Shown here: positions 1 through 11,320 of the stretch, piece by piece | How positions within the stretch are numbered: position 1 is the stretch's first letter | How the letters are laid out: each line of letters opens with the position of its first letter | The notes under the pieces: generated by a model | Database searches by the model: none | What the model was told of the DNA's origin: nothing | What the model saw: the letters and a program-made list of their open reading frames with translations, nothing else | Position numbers and translations under genes: made by a program | Assembly: GCA_002269645.1 (NCBI GenBank) | Contig: NIVC01001853.1 | Coordinates: forward strand, 165,926 to 229,925 | Reading direction: 5' to 3' | From: Macrostomum lignano | Lineage: Eukaryota | DNA length: 64,000 nucleotides

Positions 1-424
1 AAAGCCAAAGCAAAAAAACACTAAGGGAAAAGATCGGTTAGAAGTTCAAAAAGTAAACGTGAAAGATAAGACGCATAACCGGGACAATTAGAACTCAGTA
101 GCGGGGACATGAGTGTGAAGAGAGTGTGGCAGCCAGCATCCATTCCAGATACCGAGCAAAGCGACTTGACGTCAACGCAAGCCTCGGGTACAAGGCAGAG
201 CCAGTCGGCAGGGTGTCAGACAAAGCGAAAACGGCGAGACATCCCGACTGGCAGGCGAGGCAGGGCGATGGTCGACAGGCGAGGTCAGTCCGTGCAATGA
301 GGCCGACCGGAGAGGGGAGAAGCTGCGCCCCCTCCCAGGGAGAGGGGCAACCGAAGGGCTACGAGCGGTCTGATGCGCGAGAAAAATGGACTCCAGACTG
401 ACCCTCCTGATCGCTTTGACTCAA

Positions 425-724
425 TAATAATAATGATTACACCTGCCCCAATCGGGCCAGATGTGCAACCGACAGCTCAGCCACAGCTATTGCGCGGCGC
501 ATCTGAAGGCTGCGTACGGCTGTTCAGTCCAAGGACTTTGGGGGACGGGGTCGCCACACACACCCTCAATTACCCCAGCTAATGCTGGCACCCATTTTAC
601 AAGTGGGTGAAATGCAGAGTTAAGTGTCTTGCTCAGGGACACAAATTGTTCCAGTGGGATTTGGAATAGAACCCCCGACCTTCAAGTCGTGAGTCCGACG
701 CTCTAACCGCTCGGCTACAACCCC
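425..724 (-). mobile_element. tRNA-derived SINE with CORE-like central domain
   Basis: Minus strand: A-box-like TAGCCGAGCGG, B-box-like GGGTTCTATTCC, CORE-like GTGTCCCTGAGCAAGACACTTAAC...GTAAAATGGG, and a (TTA)n tail. 9-bp TSD TTGACTCAA at 416-424 and 725-733. Confidence 0.8.
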
Positions 725-1107
725 TTGACTCAACCTAGCTGAAATACTGATAATGAATAATCCATCTCGTGCCATAGCAACCTGATAATTTATTGTGAAA
801 CCCTTGCGTATTTATTTTCTGAACTCTGCCGTTGTCAGGGAAGCCGATCCCCCTCCAGCGGCAGGGGACAAGACGATCAAGCATCTATAAATATAATAGA
901 CAGCCTCGGCCCCCGAGCTCTGCTGAGTAGCTAGTCTTTCAAATATTCAAAGTTTGTTTAGTCATTTGTGCTCAAAGCACGGAAGCATTCTACTTGCGAT
1001 GATTGCAAGCCATTTGAAGTGCGGCTGGAACATTGGACAACGTCAAAACCGCTGGATGACACAAAGGGAAAACTTGTAAAAGCTGGAGATCAAAGAGGGT
1101 CTTTACA

Positions 1108-1160
1108 GTTGGCGCCCGGATAGTTGGCGCCCTCAGTTGGCGCCCTCAGTTGGCGCTCCC
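1108..1160. repeat. short 13-bp tandem repeat (AGTTGGCGCCCTC, ~4 copies)
   Basis: Direct inspection. Confidence 0.7.
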
Positions 1161-1461
1161 CAAAGGAAGGTCATCCATCACAGCCATTGCGTCGCGAATG
1201 CATGTTAAGTTTTGATGTCAATAATTTTCCGGGTTTTTATTTTGCATTCAACTTTCTTTGATTTTCTCGCAGCTTCACACCGAAGCGAGATCAGCAGATG
1301 AGGCTTCAGACGCTGCCTCCGCAAGCCCACCAGGTAGGAGAAGAACGGGGCGGTGGCGCCGATCTGATTCTGGCGCAGGTGGCGCAACACAGCACTGACA
1401 GGGCACCAGGAATTGGTTGGTATTGGACCGCTGCAGCTGCGGCACCAGCCCCAGATGGAGA

Positions 1462-1935
1462 TGGACAGATGAGAGCCTGAGAAGTAGATACAGATGCAGC
1501 TGAGATGCGGGAGAGGCTGAGAAGTAGATAGAGACGCAGCTGAGATGTGGGAGAAGCTGAGAAGTAGATAGAGACGCAGCTGAGATGCGGGAGAGGCTGA
1601 CAAGTAGATAGAGATGCAGCTGAGATGCGAGAGAGGCTGACAAGTAGATAGAGATGCAGCTGAGATGCGGGAGAGGCTGAGAAGTAGATAGAGACGCAGC
1701 TGAGATACGGGAGAAGCTGAGAAGTAGATAGAGATGCAGCTGAGATGCGGGAGAAGCTGAGAAGTAGATAGGGGTGCAGCTGAGAAGCGGTAGAGGCTGA
1801 GAAGTAGATAGAGACGCAGCTGAGATGCGGGAGAGGCTGAGAAGTAGATAGAGGTGCAGCTGAGATGCGAGAGAGGCTGACAAGTAGATAGAGACGCAGC
1901 TGAGATGTAGTAGAAGATGAGAAGTAGATAAATGC
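1462..1935. repeat. 40-bp minisatellite (~12 copies)
   Basis: Unit GAGAGGCTGAGAAGTAGATAGAGACGCAGCTGAGATGCGG; source of three spurious minus-strand ORFs. Confidence 0.95.
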
Positions 1936-2643
1936 ATACATGCATTCATAGATATACTTACCTACGTATATATTTGCAGACACAAGTAGAAAAAATATAA
2001 TTGTACAGTCATAACATGAATTTAAGTATTGGACCTCATATACTAGAGTGCATTGTTTAATAACATGAAGCAGCTAGACTGCACTACGTTGAGTTACATT
2101 GCATTAACAAAGTAACAATTTCGAATGCAACTGTAGTTGGAGATGAATGAAAAGCGAAAAGTTCCCAAAGTGGAGTCAGCCATGCAGTTTTGGTTGCTTT
2201 TCAAACAATTCCAATCGGCTGTCCTCAATCGGCTGGCAGGGGAAGCGTCGGAGCTGGCCCAGCTGCCTCCTACAGCAGGCCTTGTGTCTCAGATATTCCG
2301 GACCGGTAACATCTGAAGGAACTCTTTGCAAGGCACTACACGAGCCTTTGCTGACTCACGGAAGGTCCTCGATTTGTGTGCCTCGACTCCATGGCATTGT
2401 TGAGGCGGCTCTCGCTGTGGCGCTCAGTGGCTGAGCATCGGAAGCGGCTCGGCTCTAAGCTCTGAGTAAAAGTTGGGTGGCAGATGAGACATGCATTCCA
2501 ATAAGGCTCGTTCATTGCTTCCAATTTCTGGTTGCGAATGATGCAGATGAATGATGCTGGATTGCAGATTTGTTCGGGTTTGAGCACTGTTTCTGAGAAG
2601 CATTCTCAGCTTTCGATTGAAGCAGCGTTGCTATAGAAATTGA

Positions 2644-2905
2644 TTTCCTTAGCAACCGGATCAGCTTGATGGTTTCCTTAGCAACCGGATCAGCTTTATG
2701 ATTTCCTTAGCAACCGGATGAGCTTGATGGTTTCCTTAGCAACCGGATGAGCTTGATGGTTTCCTTAGCAACCGGATAAGCTTGATGGTTTCCTTAGCAA
2801 CCGGATCAGCTTGATGGTTTTCTTAGCAAACGGATCAGCTTGATGATTTACTTAGCAAACGGATCAGCTTGATAGTTTCCTTAGCAACCGGATCAGCTTG
2901 ATAAG
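2644..2905. repeat. 29-bp minisatellite (~9 copies)
   Basis: Unit TTCCTTAGCAACCGGATCAGCTTGATGGT. Confidence 0.9.
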
Positions 2906-2944
2906 CTTAATTCTCTTAGCAACTGGGCTAATTGAAAAACCCAA

Positions 2945-3955
2945 GGCTGATCAAGCCTTGACAATGGGAAAACCTCATCCTCAACTGCCGGACAGCCTCA
3001 GCTAGTCTCTCAAGCCTTCTGTCATCACCAGGACGTCGTCGGCATCTTCAACTGATTAAACCATGTGACCTTGATGCAAATTTCTTGATTTTCGCCGATC
3101 AAGCCTCGACAGAGAGCAAGCCTCAACTTTTGGACACCCTCAGCTGGTCTCTCGAGCATTCCGTCACCACCCCGACACGGTCGGCACTTTCAACAGGTGG
3201 CATCAGATGACTATGGACATCCTTTTGCAACTATGTCAGGTTTTTCTTATTAAGCTTCAATAATGGGCAATTTGTAACTCCTAGTTATTCTCAGCTAGAG
3301 TCCCAAACAGTGTATAATCACCCGACGTGATTATGTTAACATGATGAGGTAATTTGTTAATTGAACTAAATTGAACCCAGTAATCACGAAAATAAAAGCA
3401 CTAAAAATTACCAAATTTTTCTGTGTTGAATGGAGATCAAGTCACAATATACTAAATTTCCAATTATTCTGTCTTATAAGTTACTAATTTTTTAAAGATA
3501 AAAAAATCACACTTCTTGGTGTCCATGGTCATGGTTTCGTCCCCTTAAAGGTGCCGATGGCGGGTGAATGACGACAGAATGCTTGAGAAACCAGTTGAGG
3601 TTGCCTAGCAGTTAATGTTTGCCCATTATTGAAGCTTAATAAGAAAAACTTGATATAGTTGCGAAAGGATGTCCATAGTCATCTGATGCCACCTGTTGAA
3701 TGTGCCGACGGTGTCAGGGTGGTGACGGAATGCTCGAGAGACCAGCTGAGGATGTCCAAAAGTTGAGGCTTGCCCACTGTAAAGGTTTGATCGGCGAAAC
3801 TCGAGAAATTTGCATCAGGGTTATTATAGTCGCCTGGTGTCATCTGTTGAAGGTGCCGACGGCGACAGGGTGATGACGGAATGCTCGATAGACTAGCTGA
3901 GGATACCTGTTGATAGCAGTTGAGGTTTGCCCACTATCGAGGCTTGATCAGCGAA
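2945..3955. mobile_element. foldback/MITE-like long inverted repeat
   Basis: Arms ~2945-3270 and ~3620-3955 are reverse complements; the inner ~155 bp (3116-3270 vs 3620-3773) is nearly perfect. Arms are built of ~150-bp subrepeats around a ~350-bp spacer. Confidence 0.7.
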
Positions 3956-5381
3956 ACAAGATAAATTAGCAACAGCGTGTGCATAGTTACTTGGTGCCAC
4001 CACTTGAAGGTCTAGAAGCTCCGTCTGGGAGAAGGCCAGTGACCAACAAAGTCAGAGCTGATGCAGACACATGTGGTCGACGTGCTGATGAAATTTGGAG
4101 ACTTGGCAAGGCTGCACTGAGGCGCAGTGCTGATTGGCGCACAGGGGGTGCACTGAATACACTGGCGCTTATGGGTAAAATCCGACCTTCTGGCAGAATT
4201 GTCGAATATCTCGACGGTCCGGAGGGCTGGCGACTTGATTCTTGTTTGAGAAGGTGCGCAACAAAAAGTTAGGCCGTGTTCTTGAATTTTGTGTGTCTGC
4301 GTTGCTCCGTTCCGGCGTAGCAACAAAAATTCGACGGGCGGAAAAATGGTTTGATATTCCTACTGTTAAAATATCAGAAAATTTTTAGCTTGCAGCACGT
4401 CAAAGGCAGCATTAAAAGCAAACATAGTGAGTTAAATGTATTTGCATATCGTAAAAAGCAAGCAAACATGCTAAATATTATAAATTAAGGAACCTACGAG
4501 TACAACTACTGACAGTAGGGTTGAACGCATTTTATCATTTACGCTTGTTTTTAGTATGATCACTGGCACATGACAGCAATGGATCAAATAGCTGGGAGTC
4601 ACTGAATATCAGGCTGGCAGTCGCTGCAGAGTACATGATAAAAGTATGTGATGAAAGTATGTGATGGAAGTACATGATGAAAACATTCACATGTTAATTG
4701 TGCTGACATATTTAAGGACATAAAAATACATGTAAAATGTTTACCAGAAACTGTTTTGTTTTAAAACAAAATTTCTTAAAATCCACAAATGCTTACAAAA
4801 TTCCGAATTCAACTCAAGCTGCTGCATCAAGTCTCTCCAGCTTCTCCCTGACCCAGCCGACTTTTCAATTTTCCAGGTTTATGCAGATAACTGCTACCTG
4901 TGCATTTGGCTTGAATATTTTAATAAAAAGCATTGGCAATTGGATATTGAAGTCCACAGAACAAAATCGCAGAGAAAAGCCCGCATCAAAGCAGACACAC
5001 AGTTTGAATGGAAAAAGCAATTCAGCATGCAGTGTGAATTGAATTGCAGCACAAATGTGCAAAACTGCAGTTCATAGCAGGAGGGCTGCTCGCACTCGAT
5101 GGCTCTCGATGTGCTCATTTCCTAAAAAAGAAACTAAATCAGAAACAAAGAAAACGAAATCTTCTACAGATTAATTGTCTGTACAATTAATCAAAAAACA
5201 TTGTACAGACAATGATCTCAAAGAATAACTCAAAGCATTTTTTTGAATGAAAATCATTTTGCAAGCATAAAACCATAAAAATTATAGAAATTTTCAAATC
5301 AACTGAATTCAAAAAACGAAAACCGGATAAAACCATCCGTAAAAGCACACAGTTATTGTGTCTGAGGACGAAGTCCTCAGG

Positions 5382-8300
5382 TCACTGCAGTCTCATCCGA
5401 CTGAGCTTGGCGTGAGTCCAGCTGTCTCTCTGCTCCGCTGCAGTTTCCATGGCAACCAGGCGCCCCAAGTCGGCCCCGTCTCGCCGCAGCCTCGCCCTCG
5501 CCCACAGCCTCCGCTCCTCATCTTCCCTGCTGCGTTGAGCGCCGCTGTCGCTGCCGCTGCGGTTCGAAACTCGCCACGACTTCTGCCTGACCCAGCCGAT
5601 CTTCTCCTCGTCCTGCGTCTCCATGGCGACGCGTCTCTCTTTCTCGATCATCTCCATCTGCTGCAGGCTGAGCTCCACGTGCTCGCGGCAGTCGCTGTAG
5701 TGAGCCAGAGTGAGCAGCTCTTCCAAGTCCGGGCCTCCAAGCAGCTCATCCAAGCGCCGGTGCCTCTGCAGCTCCTCCAAGTCCGGGTCTCCAAGCAGCT
5801 CATCCAAGCGCCGGTGCCTCTGCAGCTCCTCCAAGTCCGGGTCTCCAAGCAGCTCCTCCAAGTCCGGGTCTCCAAGCAGCTCTTCCAAGTCCGGGTCTCC
5901 AAGCAGCTCTTCCGAGTCCGAGTCTCCAAGCAGCTCTTCCGAGTCCGAGTCTCCAAGCAGCTCTTCCGAGTCCGGGTCTCCAAGCAGCTCTTCCGAGTCC
6001 GGGTCTCCAAGCAGCTGTTCAATCCAATGATCAAATGCGATTGCAGGTGTGCGATTGCGGAGCAGCTCAGCTTGGAGACTCCAGCTCAGGCAGCGGAAGT
6101 TCACGTACAGGTGGGAGGAGAGAGGCTGCGACAGTCTGGCTGTGAACAGAGTCTGCGTGAACTCGGGAAGGAATGGGAATCGAGGCGGAGAGTCGCAGGG
6201 GAGGCAGAACCTCCACGCCCAGTCTGAGTCTTCTGGCAATTTAGTGGGGCCAAAATCAGTGTCTTTTTGAATATAATCTGGCTCCAACCCTGACTCAACC
6301 TGATGTCTCTGCAGCTCCATCGCGAGTCTCTCAGCCTCCTCAGATTCTCCGAACTTCAAATGCGCCATGGCGGTCATGCACAGGGCGGCGCACTTGCACC
6401 ACTGCAGCTCATGCAGGAGACTGAGCTGCCTCATCAGGGTGTCTCTGTCGCTCGATTCCGACTGCAGCTCGCTCACACACTGGTGCACCACACTGTACAC
6501 GTCTGCGAACTTGTTAAGCCCATCGCTATCACTTCCTTTCCTGATCTCCGTGACAGCAGGCGGCGCTGTCAGAGACAGCAGAGTGAACGGGTGAAAGTAG
6601 AACTTCTCTGACTGCAGAGGTCTCAGGAGACTCATCAGCTGCTCGACCACTCCGCCGATGTCGCTTCTCAGCTCACAAAGTCGGTCTCGAACCCTCGCCT
6701 TCGTGTTGTCGAAGTCACCGCCGATTCCAGCGTTCTTGAAGTAGAGCGGAGCGTCGGGCATGAAGAAGTGCGGCATGCACTCATCGGTCGAGCTGCTCGA
6801 GTTGATGAAGCTCAGCATCATGTCGAGAGACTCCTTGAGCAGAGCGATCAGATTGTCGGGCTCCCAAGCTGTTGTTAACCAACGATCTGTGCCATGCTTC
6901 TCCAGCATTGTGAAGAGCAGAGTCTTTGCATGGTAGGTCTTGAGTCCCGGTGTGTCCAGAGTAAGCGGCAAATGTCTCTTGAAGATGAACTTGATGAGTG
7001 TGAACAGCTGGCCCTGGACTGTGTCCAGCCGTCTCATGATGTCTTTCTCTTGGAAGCTGAAGCTCACTCTGAGCTCGTTGGTCGAGCTGGGTCTGGTCGC
7101 CCGAACGAGGTGAACTTTTTCATTATTATAAAAAACCTGTTTCCTATTTCCATCCACACAGAAACTGCTGCAGCACTCGATCGCATGGCACGTGTCCTGT
7201 GCAGGCCGCACACCGCACGCCCTGGCTGTCACTGCAGGTTGGCTGCCTGCAGAGCGCAGTGAGCGGAGAGTCACAAATTGTGGCGAGTGAAATGCAATCG
7301 GAGCCTGTGAATTCATCATCAGCATTCTGATGATGAACCCAGCCTCACTCACCTGCTCCCACTACCACCTGTGCGTGGCCCTCCGTGACCTGCAGCCGAG
7401 TGGCGTCTCTGCATGAACCCTCTCCGTCGCAACCACCTTCCAGATGGAACTCTTGCCCAGCAACCAGCACAGTCCAGTCAATGTCCGAGTCTGCAGCTGT
7501 CCTGCCGTTCACTTGCACCAGACTGTTGGCCCAGCCCTCTGCGTAGCTGCCCGTCATCTGCCTGCCATCCTGTGTGAGGACTCGAGCGACATGTTGCAGC
7601 CAGTCAGCCAGTCTCTGCTGACGCTTTGCTCTCTGCCAGGTGAATCCCGCCTCGATGAGCAGTCGATGCAGCTCCTCGCTCAGGCGCCTGTCTTCGTGGA
7701 AGTTGTCTGAGAGCCTGGAATGAACCGAGATGCGTGTGGGTGATTTGCTCAGAGTTGGATGGACAGAACAAGCAGGACAGTTGAGAGTGCAGCTGCTGCA
7801 GCACTCAGACTGGCACCTCAAGCAGGAGAGCTGAGAGTGCAGCTGCTGCAGCACTCAGACTGGCATCTCAAGCAGGAGAGCTGAGAGTGCAGCTGTTGCA
7901 GCACTCAGACTGGCATCTCAAGCAGGAGAGCTGAGAGTGCAGCTGCTGCAGCACTCAGACTGGCATCTCAAGCAGGAGAGCTGAGAGTGCAGCTGCTGCA
8001 GCACTCAGACTGGCATCTCAAGCTTCGCTGCAATTTCTGCCCCAAGCTGCCAGCCTGTTGGAAGGCGCAATGCGGCAGTGAAAGCCAAACCGGTCAGACT
8101 CACCGATGGAGGCCCGAATCCAAGCGGTGAACAGCTCCCTGCCGGGCCTCTGGGCTTCTGTAACGAGTGAAGGAAAGCAAGGTTCTTACAACTATGCATG
8201 AAGCTGTTCACATGAGTATTCATATATTTTGCCGTTCTGTGGAAAGCAAAATTGTTTATTTTCCTGTGGGAGAGTACAAACTGCAAATATATTTTCATTT

Positions 8301-9574
8301 GCGACTTTTCTTACCTCCTTTTTCCTTTCATTTTTTACAATTAATCGTGTATTTGCATGAAAATACTTTTACGCAATTTTTACCATGAATTTTCTAACAA
8401 CCTTGCAGAATTCTCGCCTCACTCACCCCGCTGCACTGAGATCCAGCAGCCGCAGCACCTGCCGCTGCTCAAATCGCTGTGCCACCTGCGCAAACGTCTG
8501 ACCCCGACCGTCTCGATGACTCGCATCCGCTCCTCTGTCCATCAGAGCCTTGGCTGCTCGCACGTGACCGGCTTCGCACGCTCGTGACAGAGCAGTCCGA
8601 CCCTGACTGTCTTCAGCACGCACTGACGCACCGAGATCGATGAGTTTCTCAATGAGCTCGTGATGACCTGCATCAGCTGCCAGCATGAGAGCAGTGGCTC
8701 CAGTGCTGTCTGGCAGATCGACATGCTCTGTGCTGAATCGCTCATCATTGATCAGTGTGACAGCAAGAGCGACGTGTCTTTGAGAGATGGAGAGACGGAG
8801 CAGCTGTGTGATGCGAGCTGGCTGCATTCGAGAGAGGGTGTCGGTGAGAACAGAGTTCCTGCCTTCGATGGCCATTGCTGCAGTGAAGCTGAGGATGGAG
8901 CTGGATTGGAAGAGCCAGTCGGGCTCGCGGCCGAGGGAGGCAACGACATCTTCGTGAAGACGAGAGCAAGCCGCGTCTGCCCATTGAAAACTGAGATCCG
9001 GGTTTGAAAGACACGAAAGAAGGAACTTCACCACTTCTCGCTGATTCGAATCTGCGGCATATTCGGCAGCCTCGATGCAGCACTGATCTCTTTTCGTTTG
9101 CTCAGCGATGATCGGCACGAGAAACTTGACGACTTCAAGGTAACCATTTGTTGCAGCATATTTGGCAGCCTCGATGCAGCACTGATCTCTTTTTAATTGA
9201 TCAGCGACTGTCGGCACGAGAAACCTCACGACATCCCAAACACGAGTGAATGCAGCAGATTCGGCATCGTCATTACAGAAGTGATCTGTTTGTGTTTGCT
9301 CAGCGACTGTATGGACGAGAAACTCGATGATTTCCCAGTGACCCTTTAATGCAGCATATTTAGCGGCCTCGATGCAGCAGAGCTCTCTGTTTGTTTTGTC
9401 GGCGACGGCGTGCACGAGAATCTTGACGAGTTCCAAGCGACCTTTGGATGCAGCATCAGGTAAATATCTTTTGCAAAAATAAATTCGATTTTCTTCTATC
9501 TGATGGTTGAGATGATGCCTGAGTGCGTGGATATTTCCTGTGCTGGCAGCCTCATCAGCACTGATTACCGGCAT
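5382..9574 (-). CDS. ankyrin-repeat + Mab-21/cGAS-like nucleotidyltransferase (cGLR), copy 1, 1142 aa
   Basis: Exons 9574-8427, 8157-8104, 7714-7353, 7246-5382; all GT-AG, phases 2/2/1 consistent, no stops. N-terminal 33-aa ankyrin repeats. NTase motifs GSYAEG, DSDID and third acid QDTCHAI; Mab-21 motifs HLV...RVSFSFQEK, YHAKTLLF, PHFFMP. Confidence 0.85.
5727..6012 (-). repeat. coding 27-bp VNTR (LLGDPDLEE units plus LQRHRRLDE inserts) in cGLR1 C-terminus
   Basis: In-frame tandem repeats inside exon 4. Confidence 0.9.
7782..8022. repeat. 50-bp intronic repeat (~5 copies; single copy in paralog at ~19740-19790)
   Basis: Unit AAGCAGGAGAGCTGAGAGTGCAGCTGCTGCAGCACTCAGACTGGCATCTC in intron 2. 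Confidence 0.9.
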
Positions 9575-9693
9575 TTGCCTTGGTTAGGCGGTGAGTGCTT
9601 GATCTAGAAAGAATATTTTTGCTTGTCACGAACGATTTATTGTTTTTTGTCGCTGTACTTCTTTAATCAACTTTAACTGTCTGTGATTCTTGT

Positions 9694-9925
9694 CTGCTGT
9701 CAGAGTGGCAGATGTCAGTCACGGCTGCTGTCAGAGTGGCAGATGTCAGTCACGGCTGCTGTCAGAGTGGCAGATGTCAGTCACGGCTGCTGTCAGAGTG
9801 GCAGATGTCAGTCACGGCTGCTGTCAGAGTGGCAGATGTCAGTCACGGCTGCTGTCAGAGTGGCAGATGTCAGTCACGGCTGCTGTCAGAGTGGCAGATG
9901 TCAGTCACGGCTGCTGTCAGAGTAG
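9694..9925. repeat. 31-bp minisatellite (~7.5 copies)
   Basis: Unit CTGCTGTCAGAGTGGCAGATGTCAGTCACGG; ~3 copies in the paralog at 21586-21690. Confidence 0.95.
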
Positions 9926-10659
9926 CAGGTGTTTCAAAGGTTTGTGCAGCCGGTTGCCAGAAAGTTTTTACCACCTCATCTCTCAGCTTCCCACCTTTTG
10001 AGTCTCTGGTGAGGCCGACCACCCCCTTTCACCGTAGAAACCGAAACTTCTCTCCTGAGAATGAGCGCTAGCCCGCCCCTCCCCCAAGCACTTACTTCAG
10101 GGGTCCCAGGATGGCCACGGAGAAGCTGTGGCTGCAGCGGCCATCCCAAGCTGTACTTGATGAAGCTGAGCTGACCCACCCATTGTGCCTCAGTGCTGTC
10201 TGAGATCTTTTGAAGCATTCAATGGCCTACTGAGAGGTGCACAATGCTGCTCAATCCCTCAGTGCATCGGTTTCAGTGGGCGTTTAAATGTACGGGGTAT
10301 TTGTGCGAGTGAGAAGGAAGAGAGGGAGAAGCAGGGGAGGAGAGAAAGAGGGAAGTTAACCAGCCTTTGTGAGTTTTTCTCTCCCACTCTGCCGCTGCAC
10401 GGCATCTCAACTGCCGCAGCTTCAGCCAGTTGGTTGGCAAGCAGCTCGGCTCTCTGCCCCCCTCTCTCTGTCTCACCTTCACTGCCGACCCGCCACTCCT
10501 TCCAGTGCGAATTGAGACAAAGGGCTCAGGTGCGCTGCTGGCGCCTCCGCGTTGATGCAATCAAGACGGCACCCGACAGCAGAATGGCGTCCGGTTGCGT
10601 CCGGGACCGGCGCCTCTATTTATCGCCCAACGCCCAAGTGCTCAGGACCCCGCCCAAAG

Positions 10660-11320
10660 TGACAGATCACAGTGCTCAGATCCCAGCACACAGTGACAGA
10701 TCACAGTGCTCAGGTCCCAGCACACCGTGACAGATCACAGTGCTCAGGTCCCAGCCAAAAGTGACAGATCACAGTGCTCAGGCCCCAGCCCAGAGTGACA
10801 GATCACAGTGCTTAGGTCCCAGCCCAGAGTGACAGATCACAGTGCTCAGGTCCCAGCCCAGAGTGACAGATCACAGTGCTCAGGTCCCAGCACACCGTGA
10901 CAGATCACAGTGCTCAGGTCCCAGCCAAAAGTGACAGATCACAGTGCTCAGGCCCCAGCCCAGAGTGACAGATCACAGTGCTTAGGTCCCAGCCCAGAGT
11001 GACAGATCACAGTGCTCAGGTCCCAGCCCAGAGTGACAGATCACAGTGCTCAGGTCCCAGCCCAGAGTGACAGATCACAGTGCTCAGGTCCCAGCCCAGA
11101 GTGACAGATCTCAGTGCTCAGGTCCCAGCCCAGAGTCACAGATCACAGTGCTCAGGTCCCAGCCCAGAGTGACAGATCACAGTGCTCAGGTCCCAGCCCA
11201 GAGTGACAGATCACAGTGCTCAGGTCCCAGCCCAGAGTGACAGATCACAGTGCTCAGGTCCCAGTCCAGAGTGACAGATCACAGTGCTCAGGTCCCAGCC
11301 CAGAGTGACAGATCACAGTT
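10660..11320. repeat. 34-bp minisatellite (~19 copies) upstream of cGLR1
   Basis: Unit GTGACAGATCACAGTGCTCAGGTCCCAGCCCAGA. Confidence 0.95.

Larger units (their letters stand above)
1205..4326 (-). pseudogene. possible degenerate STING-like (cyclic-dinucleotide-binding domain) gene, copy A
   Basis: Exon 4326-3991 (phase-0 donor GTAACT) joins in phase to an exon starting at 2630 (TTTCTATAG). Collinear resemblances to human STING: HGLTF...RIKSPAL ~ HGLAW...RLILPEL; SLAKSPNF ~ SMADPNI; SSIIHL ~ NSIYEL; LLECMSHL...F ~ VLEYATPL...F. An exon near 1450-1205 has VLRHLRQ (1390-1370), identical to human VLRHLRQ. In-frame TAG (4014-4012), TGA (2426-2424) and a frameshift near 2290. By-eye alignment only. 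Confidence 0.25.
4450..11320. repeat. segmental duplication unit A (paralogous to ~15940-24280)
   Basis: Collinear homology of 3' flank, four exons, introns, 31-bp and 34-bp minisatellites and upstream region. An extra short shared block lies at ~2270-2390 vs ~13180-13295. Confidence 0.95.

Noticed and set aside
1108-1160. TGGCGCCC resembling a tRNA-Lys PBS
   Set aside because: Only 8-9 nt, inside a tandem repeat, with no adjacent LTR.
2290-2390. Apparent synonymous bias between paralogs in the + frame (SEGTLCKALHEPLLTHGR) or an alternative minus frame
   Set aside because: Only about 7 of 12 differences share a codon phase, which is not significant after allowing for three phases. It neither establishes a + strand gene nor supports purifying selection in the STING-like frame.
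5358-6227. Long + strand ORFs (5358-6227, 17256-17858) and other ORFs opposite real genes
   Set aside because: Antisense shadows of GC-rich coding exons.
7080-7125. VHLVRA read as a His replacing the third catalytic Asp
   Set aside because: It aligns with the downstream HLVPK...WRxSFS motif; the catalytic Asp is in QDTCHAI and is present in both copies.
10660-11320. CACAGTG (V(D)J RSS heptamer / Transib-like end) in every 34-bp unit
   Set aside because: No ACAAAAACC nonamer at 12 or 23 bp and no RAG/Transib ORF; expected by chance in a repeat unit.
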